The notes: generated by a model not told the origin, from the letters alone. Counted from the first letter of the stretch, positions 1 through 14,081 are shown. The stretch: 64,000 bases of DNA from Escherichia coli (GCF_016026235.1 NZ_CP065613.1); one strand, 5' to 3'. Numbers and translations are program-made.

Positions 1-85
1 GTTGATTCTGGTCGTGGTTCTGGTGGTAGGCGTGCGCTGGTGGCTGAAACGACGCGGGAAGAAAAAGCCGGATAATCAGGCGTAA
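1..85 (+). CDS. yohD: C-terminal fragment of an inner-membrane protein (DedA-family-like); 5' end lies outside the window
   Basis: Frame 2 is open from the window edge to TAA at 83-85 and translates ...LILVVVLVVGVRWWLKRRGKKKPDNQA* (hydrophobic helix then basic tail). Gene name is from recalled synteny upstream of yohF. Confidence 0.5.
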   Translation, partial: LILVVVLVVGVRWWLKRRGKKKPDNQA

Positions 86-92
86 AACCATT

Positions 93-174
93 GCCCTGGA
101 TAAGGCGTTCGCGCCGCATCCGACATCCGGTGCACCATGCCTGATGCGGCGCTTGTGCGTCTTATCATGCCTAC
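93..174. repeat. REP/BIME-type palindromic units between convergent yohD and yohF
   Basis: ggataaggcgttcgcgccgcatcc and gcctgatgcggcgcttgtgcgtcttatcatgcctac match REP consensus shapes (GCCGGATG...CCGGCCTAC / GCCTGATG...CAGGCCTAC). Confidence 0.6.
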
Positions 175-214
175 CAAAATTTTACCCATTGAAATATCCA
201 CACACCTCACTGCG

Positions 215-976
215 CTATTCTGGGTTGAACTGCGGATTCGCCAACATAAAGCCGCCATCCACTATCAACGACTGCCCGGTGGTGTAATTTGCGCCCTCCG
301 AACAAAGCCACGCCACCAGGCTGGCAATCTCATACGTTGCGCCAAAACGCCGCAGAGGAATCGAAGGCTCCGCGTCGGGCTTCACGTCGCTATCATCCAT
401 GCCGTTCATTGGCGTAGCGATCGCCCCAGGTGCGACTGCGTTCACCAAAATCTTATGCCTGACCAACTCCAGCGCCATTGCTTTGGTTAACCCGCCGAGC
501 GCATGTTTAGCGGCTGTGTAGGCGCTGGCATCCGGCAGCGGCGTATGTTCATGTACCGACGTAATGTTGATGATGCGACCACCCTGCCCTTGTTTCACCA
601 TCTGGCGGGCCGCAATTTGTGAGCATAAAAATGCACCATCGACATCAACGGTAAAAATCTTGCGCCACTCATCGAAAGCCATATCAAGAAACGGCGCTTT
701 GGTCATTGCGCCCGCATTATTCACCAGCACATCAATACGCCCCAGCCGTTGAATGAGTTTCTCCAGCGCCTGTGCACCTTCTGGCAGTTTACCGAGATCC
801 AGCTGCACAATCTCCGCACGTACGCCGTGGCTAACTACCTCACGCGCGGTATCTTTTGCCCCTTCTTCATCTGAGTGCCAGGTAATGCCAATATCAAACC
901 CTTGCTGCGCCAGTAATAACGCGCACTCTTTGCCGATCCCCGAATCGGAGGCGGTAATAATCGCAACCTGTGCCAT
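215..976 (-). CDS. yohF: SDR-family oxidoreductase YohF
   Basis: ORF 215..988 (GTG at 988); likely ATG at 976 (MAQVAIITASDSGIGK...) with GGAG 8 nt upstream; glycine-rich Rossmann motif TASDSGIGK. Confidence 0.9.
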   Translation of the reverse strand: MAQVAIITASDSGIGKECALLLAQQGFDIGITWHSDEEGAKDTAREVVSHGVRAEIVQLDLGKLPEGAQALEKLIQRLGRIDVLVNNAGAMTKAPFLDMAFDEWRKIFTVDVDGAFLCSQIAARQMVKQGQGGRIINITSVHEHTPLPDASAYTAAKHALGGLTKAMALELVRHKILVNAVAPGAIATPMNGMDDSDVKPDAEPSIPLRRFGATYEIASLVAWLCSEGANYTTGQSLIVDGGFMLANPQFNPE

Positions 977-1028
977 CGAGTTCTCCACTTAACGCTGAAT
1001 AAACGTTAAGTATAGAAGGCGCATATCA

Positions 1029-2465
1029 TCAGCGTTTGTAACCCCCGCCCAACGCACCAGTGAGTTGAATGGAGGCATCCAGCCACTGCCCTTGCAATAA
1101 CAGGCCATTGGCCCGCTCACGCAGCGCGGGGATTCTGGCTTCGCTGACGCGGGAACCAGCAATGATGCCCGCGTTAAAGCGCGCCTGCGCAAGACCTACC
1201 ACACGCAAGGCATCGCGCTCAATTTGCGCCTGATGCTGGTTTTTCTCCGCAAGTGTCTGAACGTGACTGGCTGCCCGCGCCACGTCATTCACCGCTTCAA
1301 CCACCGCTTTGTTGTAGCTGGCGATAGACAAGTTGCTTTCGGCTTTTGCGATATCAAGATTGGCGTTAAGACGACCACTATCGAAAATGGGTAGCGTCAG
1401 GCCTGCCGTAACGCCCATTTGCTGCGCGGAATGACGGAACAGATCGCTTAAGTGCAACGCATCCTGTTGCAGGAAGGCCATCAGGTTGATGTCAGGATAA
1501 AATGCCGCTTTTGCCGCATCAATGGTGCTTAGCGATGACTCAACGTACCAGTGCGCCGCCTGCAAATCTGCCCGCCGCGCCAGTAAGGAGTACCCCAGTT
1601 CATCAGGAAGCTGGCTTGCCACTTTCGGCAACGCGACCGGTTTAAGCTTCAATGACTTAGTCTGGTGATTTGTGAGTGCATTTAACCGTGCCTCAATAAT
1701 TTTCATTTTCCCCGCGACATCGTTGAGCTGCTGCCGGGTTTTGCTGGCATTAATATCGGTTTCCACACCTTCAACTGAAGAAGTAATCCCGTTCTGATAT
1801 AGCTGGCGATCGGTCGCGATAATGGTGTTCTGCTCTTTTTCGATTTGCTGCAAGACAGTGTTTAACGCCGCCTGGGTTTGCCACTCCCAGTACAGGCGGG
1901 CTACGCTGCCAGCCAGCAATTGGCGGGTTTGCTCGCGTTCCGCCGCCCGTGCTTTAACCGTACCCTGGCGGGCAGTAACCTCCGCCCGATTCTTTCCCCA
2001 GATATCGAGATGCCAGCCCGCCGTTAAGCCAAAAGTACCGTTGGTGTACCACGGACCGGTCGTACCTGCGGCCGGATCGTTCAGAGCAAACGGCCCCATT
2101 AGCCCTTCTGCCGACATTTTTTGCCGCTCCATATCCGCAGAAAAGTCGATCTGCGGACCATCCTGAGTGGCAACTGCCTTCGCCTGGGCTTCAGCTAGCT
2201 GAATGCGCTGTTCAGCCACCTGCATATCCGGTGCGTTCTGTAGTGCATTGTTAATTAATGAAGTGAGTTGATTATCGTGATACTCCAGCCACCATTGGCT
2301 GTCTGGCCAACCATTTTTCAGCGCCGTGGGTAATGCGGTGTCAACTTGTGCAGCGGGCGTTTGCTGGCTTAACGCCTGGCGGGTTTCATGCATAGGCGCA
2401 CACCCGGTCAGCATCAGTAACAGCGGAAAACAGGCGATGGCTGGATAAAAGGAATCACGATTCAT
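1029..2465 (-). CDS. mdtQ: Outer-membrane efflux lipoprotein MdtQ (OMF/TolC-like family), uninterrupted 478-codon frame
   Basis: ORF 1029..2555; conserved start MNRDSFYPAIACFPLLLMLTGCAP (lipobox LTGC) at ATG 2465; full-length OMF-like sequence with no internal stop. Confidence 0.85.
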   Translation of the reverse strand: MNRDSFYPAIACFPLLLMLTGCAPMHETRQALSQQTPAAQVDTALPTALKNGWPDSQWWLEYHDNQLTSLINNALQNAPDMQVAEQRIQLAEAQAKAVATQDGPQIDFSADMERQKMSAEGLMGPFALNDPAAGTTGPWYTNGTFGLTAGWHLDIWGKNRAEVTARQGTVKARAAEREQTRQLLAGSVARLYWEWQTQAALNTVLQQIEKEQNTIIATDRQLYQNGITSSVEGVETDINASKTRQQLNDVAGKMKIIEARLNALTNHQTKSLKLKPVALPKVASQLPDELGYSLLARRADLQAAHWYVESSLSTIDAAKAAFYPDINLMAFLQQDALHLSDLFRHSAQQMGVTAGLTLPIFDSGRLNANLDIAKAESNLSIASYNKAVVEAVNDVARAASHVQTLAEKNQHQAQIERDALRVVGLAQARFNAGIIAGSRVSEARIPALRERANGLLLQGQWLDASIQLTGALGGGYKR

Positions 2466-2688
2466 GGGGGAATAATCAGGTAAGAAAAGGTGCGCGGAGA
2501 TTACCGTGTGTTGCGATATATTTTTTAGTTTCGCGTGGCAATACATCAGTAGCAATAAAACGACATATCCAGAAAAATATACACTAAGTGAATGATATCT
2601 TCCGATTTATCTTAATCGTTTATGGATAACGGCAAAGGGCTTCGTTTTTTCCTATACTTATTCAGCACTCACAAATAAAGGAACGCCA

Positions 2689-2772
2689 ATGAAAATTATA
2701 CTCTGGGCTGTATTGATTATTTTCCTGATTGGGCTACTGGTGGTGACTGGCGTATTTAAGATGATATTTTAA
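2689..2772 (+). CDS. yohP: Small membrane protein YohP (27 aa)
   Basis: ATG 2689 preceded by AGGA; translation MKIILWAVLIIFLIGLLVVTGVFKMIF* is a single TM helix matching the recalled YohP sequence. Below the ORF-track length cutoff. Confidence 0.7.
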   Translation: MKIILWAVLIIFLIGLLVVTGVFKMIF

Positions 2773-2889
2773 AAATCAGATATGACATATAAGTTGTCAG
2801 GTCAGGAACTAGATATTTTGTGTACTTGATTTGCAAACAGCTCCGGTGTTGGTGGCGTCAAAATCGCTGAAGCGTTCCACGAAGGCCGG

Positions 2890-3110
2890 GGCAGCCCACA
2901 TGGATGTGGGCTGAGGGCGCGTCTTACAAGGACGTTTCCTCGCGCCCGACCCGGTAGCCGAAGGGGATAAGCTGAAGGTACCGCGCAGCGGCGATTTTGT
3001 TCGCCAGAGCCCGGGGGTGCAGGGGGAGGAGGCGATTGTCCTCCCCCTGCGCGCTCCTTGCGCCAGTGGCAATATGTGGCTTAGCTCATGAAAGGAGCGC
3101 AACAAGATGA
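2890..3110. other. GC-rich cluster of hairpins/palindromes of unassigned family between yohP and dusC
   Basis: Perfect or near-perfect inverted repeats: gcccacat-gg-atgtgggc (2894-2911); gggcgcg...cgcgccc (2915-2947); cagggggagga-ggcgattg-tcctccccctg (3020-3049); gcgctcctt...aaggagcgc (3051-3110). GC content far above the flanking AT-rich DNA. Confidence 0.4.
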
Positions 3111-3159
3111 TGAAGCTGAATAAGCGATTCATTGTCTCTGATAAACTGCGATTCCACTA

Positions 3160-4110
3160 TTATCGCAGCTTATCGATATCAATTGCCTGAATAGCCCTTG
3201 CAATATCAGGGGAATTATTCAACACCCGAACATGCTGAAATAATTCTGTTGCTTCATCGTATTCTTTACGCAAATAACTCAACCACTGTTTAATCCGCGC
3301 TACGTGATATAACCCGGTATCGCCCTGCTTTTCCAGACGGGTATATTTTTGCAGCAAAGCAACCACCTCCGGCCACGGCATTCGCGGTTCGTTATATTTT
3401 ACTACCCGGCTCAGGTTGGGAATATTGAGCGCCCCGCGACCAATCATCACTGCGTCGCAGCCGCTGATCGCCATGCATTGTTGCGCGCTCTGCCAGTCCC
3501 AGATTTCGCCGTTGGCAATCACCGGAATATTCAGCCGCTGGCGAATCTCGCCAATCGCCTGCCAGTCAATATGCTCCGCGCGGTAACCCTGCTCTTTTGT
3601 CCGTCCATGCACCACCAGCTCCGTAGCACCAGCCTGTTGAACCGCATCGGCGATTTCAAATTTCTTCTCACCGCTGTCCCAGCCCAGACGCACTTTCACG
3701 CTGACGGGCAAATGCGCCGGTACAGCTTCACGCATCGCTTTTGCACCCTGGTAGATGAGTTCAGGATCTTTGAGTAACGTTGCCCCACCACCGCTGCCGT
3801 TGACCGTTTTCGACGGGCAGCCGCAATTGAGATCCACGCCCCAGGAACCTAATTCCACCGCACGGGCGGCGTTCTCTGCCAGCCATTGTGGGAACTGACC
3901 CAACAACTGCACGCGCACCAGCGTACCGGATGGTGTCCGGCTGGCGTTTTGTAGCTCAGGGCAAATGCGATGAAAAACTTTTACCGGCAGCAGTTGATCC
4001 ACCACGCGGACAAACTCGGTGATGCACAGATCGTAGTCGTTAACTTCGGTCAGCAATTCACGCACCAGAGAGTCAAGCACACCCTCCATCGGAGCCAGTA
4101 ACACACGCAT
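3160..4110 (-). CDS. dusC: tRNA-dihydrouridine synthase C
   Basis: ORF 3160..4176; conserved start [13 protein letters not shown] at ATG 4110; Dus-family TIM-barrel sequence. Confidence 0.9.
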
Positions 4111-4312
4111 ATCTTCACCCGCAAAAAAATGAGGCGCCATGTTAGCGCCTATGGTCAACGGATTAAAGGTCTGCAAAGAGGGATTGCTGCAAACTGTAAT
4201 CCCTCTCTATGCTTGATGTATGCCTGAGTTCGTTGCGCATTGCGTAATGCCGGGGAGCGAAAAAATAAGCGCTGATTTCTTAATGTGATCGGTAGCACGT
4301 TTTACGAATTAA

Positions 4313-5439
<1,127 letters not shown>

Positions 5440-5443
5440 AATT

Positions 5444-5459
5444 TGCGATGCGTCGCGCA
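5444..5459. promoter_or_regulatory. Candidate distal CRP site (CRP-2) of the cdd promoter
   Basis: tgcga-tgcgtc-gcgca, a weak match to TGTGA-N6-TCACA, centred 50 bp upstream of the proximal site, consistent with the known tandem-CRP/CytR architecture of cdd. Confidence 0.4.
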
Positions 5460-5493
5460 TTTTTGATGTAAGTTTCACGCGTTGCATAATTAA

Positions 5494-5509
5494 TGAGATT
5501 CAGATCACA
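5494..5509. promoter_or_regulatory. Candidate proximal CRP site (CRP-1) of the cdd promoter
   Basis: tgaga-ttcaga-tcaca; a -10-like TAAACT lies at 5531-5536 and the ATG at 5569; TGCAAC-like CytR motif (gttgca, 5481-5486) lies between the two CRP sites. Confidence 0.55.
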
Positions 5510-5568
5510 TATAAAGCCATAACGGGTTCGTAAACTGTTATCCCATTACATGATTATGAGGCAACGCC

Positions 5569-7564
<1,996 letters not shown>

Positions 7565-7739
7565 TATTTTCTCTTTTCTGTTAATTATTGAGAATAATTA
7601 TTACTTCACTCAATAAGCTGCGGATATAACATTCTGAACCGCAGCTATTTGTGAATCCTTTCACAGTTTAAATTTCCCCACGCGCATAGCCTTAATATCA
7701 GCTCGCAATATTTATACTCTAAATAATTCGAGTTGCAGG

Positions 7740-7853
7740 AAGGCGACAAGTGAGTGAGTCCCCAGGAGCTTACATAAGTAAGTGACTGGGGTGAGCGAAC
7801 GCAGACGCAGCACATGCAACTTGAAGTATGACGAGTATATTAGCGTTCGCCTT
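7740..7853. repeat. ERIC/IRU (enterobacterial repetitive intergenic consensus) element
   Basis: Contains aagtaagtgactggggtgagcg (identical to the ERIC2 primer sequence) and gtgagtccccaggagcttacat (one mismatch to the ERIC1R complement); terminal inverted repeats aaggcga...tcgcctt. Confidence 0.85.
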
Positions 7854-7881
7854 AATTACTCATAGCATTAAGGAAGATCAC

Positions 7882-9120
7882 ATGCCGCAACAAAATTATC
7901 TGGATGAACTCACTCCGGCTTTTACGCCGTTACTGGCGATTAAAGAAGCCTCTCGCTGTTTATTATGTCACGACGCTCCCTGTAGTCAGGCTTGCCCGGC
8001 ACAGACCGATCCGGGGAAATTTATTCGCTCAATCTACTTTCGTAATTTTAAAGGCGCTGCCGAGACAATTCGCAAAAATAATGCCCTCGGTGCCGTTTGT
8101 GCCAGAGTGTGCCCGACGGAGAAATTATGCCAAAGCGGTTGTACCCGTGCCGGTGTTGATGCTCCCATTGATATCGGCCGCTTACAGCGTTTTGTTACTG
8201 ATTTTGAACAACAAACCGGGATGGAAATTTATCAGCCCGGTACTAAAACGCTCGGCAAAGTCGCGATTATTGGCGCAGGTCCTGCCGGATTGCAGGCCAG
8301 TGTGACACTGACAAACCAGGGTTATGACGTCACGATTTATGAGAAAGAAGCGCACCCCGGTGGCTGGTTGCGTAACGGTATTCCGCAATTCCGGTTACCG
8401 CAATCAGTGCTGGATGCAGAGATCGCCCGTATTGAAAAAATGGGCGTGACCATTAAGTGCAACAACGAAGTCGGTAAAACACTCACCCTGGAGCAACTGA
8501 AAGCGGAAAACCGCGCGGTACTGGTCACCGTGGGGTTATCAAGCGGTTCCGGGCTACCGCTGTTTGAGCATAGCGACGTTGAGATTGCCGTCGACTTCCT
8601 GCAACGTGCACGACAGGCGCAAGGCGATATCAGCATTCCACAAAGTGCATTAATTATCGGCGGCGGTGATGTCGCGATGGACGTAGCCAGCACGCTGAAA
8701 GTTCTCGGCTGTCAGGCGGTAACTTGCGTAGCGCGTGAAGAGTTAGATGAGTTTCCGGCAAGCGAAAAAGAGTTTGCCAGCGCCCGGGAGCTGGGCGTTT
8801 CGATCATCGATGGATTCACGCCAGTAGCCGTGGAAGGCAATAAAGTCACGTTTAAGCATGTACGGTTATCGGGCGAACTGACGATGGTGGCAGATAAAAT
8901 TATTCTCGCCGTCGGTCAGCATGCCAGACTGGATGCCTTTGCGGAGTTAGAGCCGCAGCGTAACACCATCAAAACACAAAATTACCAGACCCGCGACCCG
9001 CAAGTCTTTGCTGCTGGCGATATTGTTGAGGGTGACAAAACCGTGGTCTATGCCGTAAAAACCGGGAAAGAAGCCGCCGAGGCGATTCATCACTATTTAG
9101 AGGGAGCTTGCTCATGTTAA
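7882..9120 (+). CDS. preT: NAD-dependent dihydropyrimidine dehydrogenase subunit PreT
   Basis: ORF 7828..9120; conserved start [14 protein letters not shown] at ATG 7882 with AAGGAAG upstream; 4Fe-4S cysteine clusters and GAGPAG FAD/NAD fold. Confidence 0.9.
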   Translation: MPQQNYLDELTPAFTPLLAIKEASRCLLCHDAPCSQACPAQTDPGKFIRSIYFRNFKGAAETIRKNNALGAVCARVCPTEKLCQSGCTRAGVDAPIDIGRLQRFVTDFEQQTGMEIYQPGTKTLGKVAIIGAGPAGLQASVTLTNQGYDVTIYEKEAHPGGWLRNGIPQFRLPQSVLDAEIARIEKMGVTIKCNNEVGKTLTLEQLKAENRAVLVTVGLSSGSGLPLFEHSDVEIAVDFLQRARQAQGDISIPQSALIIGGGDVAMDVASTLKVLGCQAVTCVAREELDEFPASEKEFASARELGVSIIDGFTPVAVEGNKVTFKHVRLSGELTMVADKIILAVGQHARLDAFAELEPQRNTIKTQNYQTRDPQVFAAGDIVEGDKTVVYAVKTGKEAAEAIHHYLEGACSC

Positions 9121-10349
9121 CGAAAGATCTTTCGATTACTTTTTGCGGCGTGAAGTTTCCCAACCCATTCTGCCTCTCTTCTTCGCCGGTAGGCAACTGC
9201 TATGAGATGTGTGCCAAAGCCTACGACACAGGTTGGGGCGGTGTGGTGTTTAAAACGATCGGCTTTTTTATCGCCAACGAAGTCTCGCCGCGTTTTGATC
9301 ATCTGGTGAAAGAAGATACCGGTTTTATCGGCTTCAAAAATATGGAGCAGATTGCTGAACATCCGTTGGAAGAGAATCTGGCCGCCCTGCGTCGGCTGAA
9401 GGAAGATTACCCGGACAAAGTATTGATCGCTTCGATCATGGGGGAAAATGAGCAGCAATGGGAGGAGCTGGCGCGCCTGGTGCAAGAAGCTGGCGCGGAT
9501 ATGATCGAGTGTAACTTCTCCTGTCCGCAAATGACTTCTCATGCGATGGGTAGCGATGTCGGGCAAAGCCCGGAGCTGGTAGAAAAATATTGTCGGGCAG
9601 TGAAACGGGGTTCCACGCTGCCAATGCTGGCGAAGATGACGCCGAATATCGGTGATATGTGCGAAGTGGCGCTGGCGGCGAAGCGCGGCGGCGCAGATGG
9701 CATTGCGGCGATTAACACCGTTAAATCCATCACCAATATCGATCTTAATCAGAAAATCGGTATGCCGATCGTTAACGGAAAATCGAGTATTTCCGGATAT
9801 TCCGGTAAAGCGGTAAAACCGATCGCCCTGCGCTTCATTCAGCAAATGCGCACCCATCCAGAACTGCGCGATTTCCCAATCAGCGGTATCGGCGGCATTG
9901 AAACCTGGGAGGATGCGGCGGAGTTTTTATTGCTCGGCGCAGCAACGTTACAGGTCACCACCGGCATTATGCAGTACGGCTATCGCATCGTAGAAGATAT
10001 GGCGAGCGGGTTATCGCATTATCTCGCCGATCAGGGATTTGATTCGTTGCAGGAGATGGTAGGTCTGGCGAATAACAATATTGTCCCGGCGGAAGATTTA
10101 GACCGCAGTTATATTGTCTATCCCCGTATCAATCTTGATAAATGTGTTGGCTGTGGACGCTGTTATATTTCCTGTTACGACGGCGGTCACCAGGCGATGG
10201 AATGGAGCGAGAAAACCCGGACACCGCATTGTAATACCGAGAAATGTGTGGGTTGCCTGCTTTGTGGTCACGTCTGCCCGGTGGGTTGTATTGATCTCGG
10301 AGAAGTGAAGTTTAAGAAGGGAGAGAAAGAACACCCGGTAACGTTGTAA
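9114..10349 (+). CDS. preA: NAD-dependent dihydropyrimidine dehydrogenase subunit PreA
   Basis: ORF 9108..10349 (TTG); likely ATG 9114 ([15 protein letters not shown]) with AGGGAG upstream; overlaps the preT stop; C-terminal ferredoxin-like CxxCxxC motifs. Confidence 0.9.
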   Translation: MLTKDLSITFCGVKFPNPFCLSSSPVGNCYEMCAKAYDTGWGGVVFKTIGFFIANEVSPRFDHLVKEDTGFIGFKNMEQIAEHPLEENLAALRRLKEDYPDKVLIASIMGENEQQWEELARLVQEAGADMIECNFSCPQMTSHAMGSDVGQSPELVEKYCRAVKRGSTLPMLAKMTPNIGDMCEVALAAKRGGADGIAAINTVKSITNIDLNQKIGMPIVNGKSSISGYSGKAVKPIALRFIQQMRTHPELRDFPISGIGGIETWEDAAEFLLLGAATLQVTTGIMQYGYRIVEDMASGLSHYLADQGFDSLQEMVGLANNNIVPAEDLDRSYIVYPRINLDKCVGCGRCYISCYDGGHQAMEWSEKTRTPHCNTEKCVGCLLCGHVCPVGCIDLGEVKFKKGEKEHPVTL

Positions 10350-10359
10350 AACCAGAGAC

Positions 10360-10416
10360 GCATCCGGCATTTAGTTCCTGTCGCCGGATGCGGCTTGAAC
10401 GCCTTATCCGGCCTAC
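10360..10416. repeat. REP/BIME element
   Basis: cgcatccggca followed by gccggatgcggcttgaacgccttatccggcctac between convergent preA and mglC. Confidence 0.75.
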
Positions 10417-10475
10417 AAAACCACACAGATCATGATGTTATGTGCGTTTATGACCGAATGCGAACCACAATCACA

Positions 10476-11486
10476 TCACTTCTTACGCGCGTATTTCAGT
10501 GAATCCAGCGCTACGGCGAAGATAATAATCGCCCCTTTGATGATGTACTGCCAGTATGGGTTTACGCCGATGTACGTCAGGCCATAGTTGATGACGGTAA
10601 AAATAATTACCCCGGTCACCACGCCAATCACCGTCCCCACACCGCCGCTGAACGATACGCCGCCTACCACGCACGCCGCGATAGCATCCAGCTCATACAT
10701 AAAGCCGAGGTTGTTGGTGGCAGAGCCGATACGTCCGGCTTCTAACATCCCGCCGAAGGCATAGAACACACCAGACAACGCGTAGATCATCAGCAGGTTC
10801 AGGCCGACATTGACACCAGATACTTTTGCCGCTTCCGGGTTACCGCCAATGGCAAAAATGTTCTTACCGAAGCGGGTTTTGTTCCACAACACCCAGACGA
10901 ACGCCACCGCAATCAACGCGTAGAAGGTGATGTAAGAGAGACGGAAACTCCCCAGCGCGACAAAGCCCTGAGCAAAGGTAGAGAAGCCACTGTCAAAACC
11001 AGAAATTGGCGACGCCCCGACAAAGTCGTAATAGAGCGAGTTGATGCCATAGACGATGATCATCGTGCCGAGCGTGGTAATGAACGGCGTCACGTTGAGA
11101 TAAGCGATAATCAGACCGTTGATCAAACCGATCACCGCACCAATGGCACAGACAATCAGAATAACCAGCGCAATCGGCATCGTCGCCATTTCCGGGAACA
11201 CTTTGTTGGCGTTATCCATGGACTGCAATAACGTCGCCGCTACTACTGCCGCCAGCCCCACCTGGCGACCTGCAGAAAGGTCGGTCCCCTGGGTGACAAT
11301 TAACCCTGCCACGCCGAGCGCGATAATAATACGCACCGATGACTGGGTGAGAATATTACTTAAGTTCAACAGACTTAAAAATGTTGGGTCCTGGAAAATA
11401 ATAATCGCCAGCAAAACTAAAAGAACGACGTAAATACCGCCCTCTTTCAGGTAAGTAAGAAAACTTTTCTTATTTAACGCACTCAT
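10476..11486 (-). CDS. mglC: Galactose/methyl-galactoside ABC transporter permease
   Basis: 336-aa polytopic ORF MSALNKKSFLTYLKEGGIYVV... Confidence 0.95.
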   Translation of the reverse strand: MSALNKKSFLTYLKEGGIYVVLLVLLAIIIFQDPTFLSLLNLSNILTQSSVRIIIALGVAGLIVTQGTDLSAGRQVGLAAVVAATLLQSMDNANKVFPEMATMPIALVILIVCAIGAVIGLINGLIIAYLNVTPFITTLGTMIIVYGINSLYYDFVGASPISGFDSGFSTFAQGFVALGSFRLSYITFYALIAVAFVWVLWNKTRFGKNIFAIGGNPEAAKVSGVNVGLNLLMIYALSGVFYAFGGMLEAGRIGSATNNLGFMYELDAIAACVVGGVSFSGGVGTVIGVVTGVIIFTVINYGLTYIGVNPYWQYIIKGAIIIFAVALDSLKYARKK

Positions 11487-11501
11487 GGGAAGCCCCTAAT
11501 C

Positions 11502-13022
11502 TTAAAGGTGCAAAGACGCAAGACGCAGAATTTCGTTTTGCGTTGTTGTTTTTGTATCGACAATTCCGGAAACGAGACCGTTGCTCATGACCAGAATACG
11601 GTCTGTTATCCCTAACAACTCAGGCATTTCAGAGGAGATAATAATAATCCCTTTGCCTTTCTTCGCCAGTTCGGCAATTAACTGATAGATCTCAAACTTC
11701 GCCCCGACATCAATACCGCGCGTCGGTTCATCGAGCATTAATATTTCCGGTTGCGTTAGTAGCCAGCGACCAATAATCACCTTTTGCTGATTACCACCGG
11801 AGAGCGAACCAATTTGCGTCCGATGACCCGGCGTTTTTACCCGCATCGAATCAATCACCCACTGGGTATCGCTTTTCATCCGCGAGTTATCCAGTAAACC
11901 AACTTTATTTTTGTAGTTGCGAATATTGGAAATTAACGAGTTAAAACCGATATCCAGATAGGCATAAATTCCCGTTGAGCGGCGCTCCTCAGTTACCAGA
12001 GCAAATCCGTGGTTTATGGCTTCATTGGCATTATGGTTATTGATCTTTTTGCCGTGCAACGTAATGGTGCCAGCCGATTTCTCGCGAATACCAAATAACG
12101 TCTCAACAATATCGGTACGTTTCGCCCCCACCAGCCCGGCAATACCGAGGATCTCCCCTTTATGCAGATCAAACGAGACATCACGGATCGACGGCTGGCG
12201 CAGTGACGTCAGGTTACGCACCTCGAGGATGACTTCGCCCGGCTTGTTTTCTTTGTCAGGAAAACGCTGGTTAAGAGAACGCCCAACCATCATGGCGATA
12301 ATCTTGTCCATCGTCAGCCCTGCCAGCGGTTCGGTGGCGATCCACTGACCGTCGCGCAATACGGTAACTTCATCACATAACTGGAAGATTTCTTCCATTT
12401 TATGCGAGATATAAACAATACCGCAGCCGCGCTCTTTTAATTTACGAATAATAGTGAACAGATGATTGACCTCTTTTTCGGTTAACGAAGAAGTCGGTTC
12501 ATCCATAATCACAATTTTCGCGTTATAGGAAAACGCTTTGGCGATTTCGATCATCTGCATTTGCGAAACAGATAATGTGCCGACGCGCGCACGCGGATCG
12601 ATATCAATATCCAGTTCATCAAAAATCGCTTTGGTTTCGCGGTACATTTTGTCCTGATCGACAAACATGCCTTTGGTGGGGTATCGCCCAAGCCACATGT
12701 TGTCCATCACCGAACGTTGTAATACCAGGTTTAACTCCTGGTGTACCATCGAAATACCATTTTCCAGTGCTTCTTTGGCCGAATGGAAATCGATCTCTTT
12801 ACCCTGGAATAAAATGGTGCCGGAGTCTTTTTGATAAATACCAAACAAGCATTTTAATAATGTTGATTTTCCTGCGCCGTTTTCCCCCATTAATGCATGG
12901 ATAGAATGTGGCCGGACTTTTAAATTAACGTTATCAAGTGCCTTAACACCAGGAAAGGACTTGTTGATACCACTCATTTCCAACAAGTATTCCCCGGAGG
13001 ACGGAGTCGTTGAGCTGACCAT
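11502..13022 (-). CDS. mglA: Galactose/methyl-galactoside ABC transporter ATP-binding protein (tandem ABC domains)
   Basis: 506-aa ORF with Walker [10 protein letters not shown] and a second ABC domain. Confidence 0.95.
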   Translation of the reverse strand: MVSSTTPSSGEYLLEMSGINKSFPGVKALDNVNLKVRPHSIHALMGENGAGKSTLLKCLFGIYQKDSGTILFQGKEIDFHSAKEALENGISMVHQELNLVLQRSVMDNMWLGRYPTKGMFVDQDKMYRETKAIFDELDIDIDPRARVGTLSVSQMQMIEIAKAFSYNAKIVIMDEPTSSLTEKEVNHLFTIIRKLKERGCGIVYISHKMEEIFQLCDEVTVLRDGQWIATEPLAGLTMDKIIAMMVGRSLNQRFPDKENKPGEVILEVRNLTSLRQPSIRDVSFDLHKGEILGIAGLVGAKRTDIVETLFGIREKSAGTITLHGKKINNHNANEAINHGFALVTEERRSTGIYAYLDIGFNSLISNIRNYKNKVGLLDNSRMKSDTQWVIDSMRVKTPGHRTQIGSLSGGNQQKVIIGRWLLTQPEILMLDEPTRGIDVGAKFEIYQLIAELAKKGKGIIIISSEMPELLGITDRILVMSNGLVSGIVDTKTTTQNEILRLASLHL

Positions 13023-13051
13023 ATAATTTTACCTTGTTGGTCATACAATAA

Positions 13052-13074
13052 GGGCGCAGTAATAGACTGCGCCC
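13052..13074 (-). other. Intercistronic stem-loop between mglB and mglA
   Basis: gggcgcagt-aatag-actgcgccc, a 9-bp perfect stem in the 60-nt mglB-mglA spacer; a REP-like stabiliser is known at this position. Confidence 0.6.
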
Positions 13075-13082
13075 AATCAGTC

Positions 13083-14081
13083 TTATTTCTTGCTGAATTC
13101 AGCCAGGTTGTCTTTATCTACGCCAACATAAGGTACGCGGACCACTTTGTTGTCGATTTTCCAGTTGGTGCCATCAGCCGCACCTTTACCATCGGCCAGG
13201 TTTTTCGCCAGATCAAAGGTCGCTTTCGCCTGGTTGTTAGCATCGTTCAGTACGGTGCCCGCCAGTGCACCGGATTTCACCAGCGCCAGCGCTTCTGGCA
13301 GCGCATCGACGCCAAACACCGGAATGCTGGACTTGTTGTGTGCTTTCAGCGCTTCAACCGCGCCCATTGCCATCGCATCGTTGTTGGCGATAACCACTTC
13401 GATTTTGTTGGCGTTCGGGCCAGACAGCCAGGCGTCCATCTTATCTTTCGCCTGAGCGGTATCCCACATAGCGGTATCTAACTGTAACTGTTCAGTTTTA
13501 ATGCCTTTGTCGTTCAGCTCTTTAATCACGTAAGTGGTACGTGCTTCTGCATCCGGATGGCCCGGTTCACCTTTCAGCAGTACGAATTGAATCTGACCGT
13601 CTTTATTCAGATCCCAACCCTGATTCGCCGCCCAGTGTTTAGCAATCAAATCGCCTTGAATAATGCCGGACTCTTTGGAGTCAGTGCCAACGTAGTAGGC
13701 TTTGTCGTAGCTATCCAGCGCCTTACGAGACGGTTCTTTGTTAAAGAATACCACCGGCACATTTTGCCCACGCGCTTTCTCAATCACCGTACCCGCAGCT
13801 GCCGGGTCAACCAGGTTGATTGCCAGTGCCTTCACCCCTTTCGCCAGCAATACGTCGATCTGATCGTTCTGCTTGGACTGGTCATTCTGAGAATCATTCA
13901 TCAGCAGCTGAACATCTGGCGCGGCTTTCGCATCTTGCTCAATAGCCTTGCGCACTACAGACATAAAGTTATCGTCGTACTTATAGATTGTTACACCAAT
14001 GCGAGTATCAGCAGCGTGTGCAGCGGCACCGAATAACATGCTGGCCATCACAGCAGACAGGGTTAACACCTTCTTATTCAT
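13083..14081 (-). CDS. mglB: Periplasmic D-galactose/D-glucose-binding protein
   Basis: 332-aa ORF with signal peptide [23 protein letters not shown]. Confidence 0.95.
   Translation of the reverse strand: MNKKVLTLSAVMASMLFGAAAHAADTRIGVTIYKYDDNFMSVVRKAIEQDAKAAPDVQLLMNDSQNDQSKQNDQIDVLLAKGVKALAINLVDPAAAGTVIEKARGQNVPVVFFNKEPSRKALDSYDKAYYVGTDSKESGIIQGDLIAKHWAANQGWDLNKDGQIQFVLLKGEPGHPDAEARTTYVIKELNDKGIKTEQLQLDTAMWDTAQAKDKMDAWLSGPNANKIEVVIANNDAMAMGAVEALKAHNKSSIPVFGVDALPEALALVKSGALAGTVLNDANNQAKATFDLAKNLADGKGAADGTNWKIDNKVVRVPYVGVDKDNLAEFSKK

Noticed and set aside
2809-3132. 107-aa ORF on the minus strand in the yohP-dusC spacer
   Set aside because: Arg/Pro/Ser/Gly-rich low-complexity translation of a GC-rich palindromic region, with no RBS or recognisable domain; treated as non-coding. 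The region itself is reported as a finding.
9117-9857. 246-aa ORF antisense to preA
   Set aside because: Lies entirely within the well-supported preA frame on the opposite strand; composition typical of antisense artefacts.
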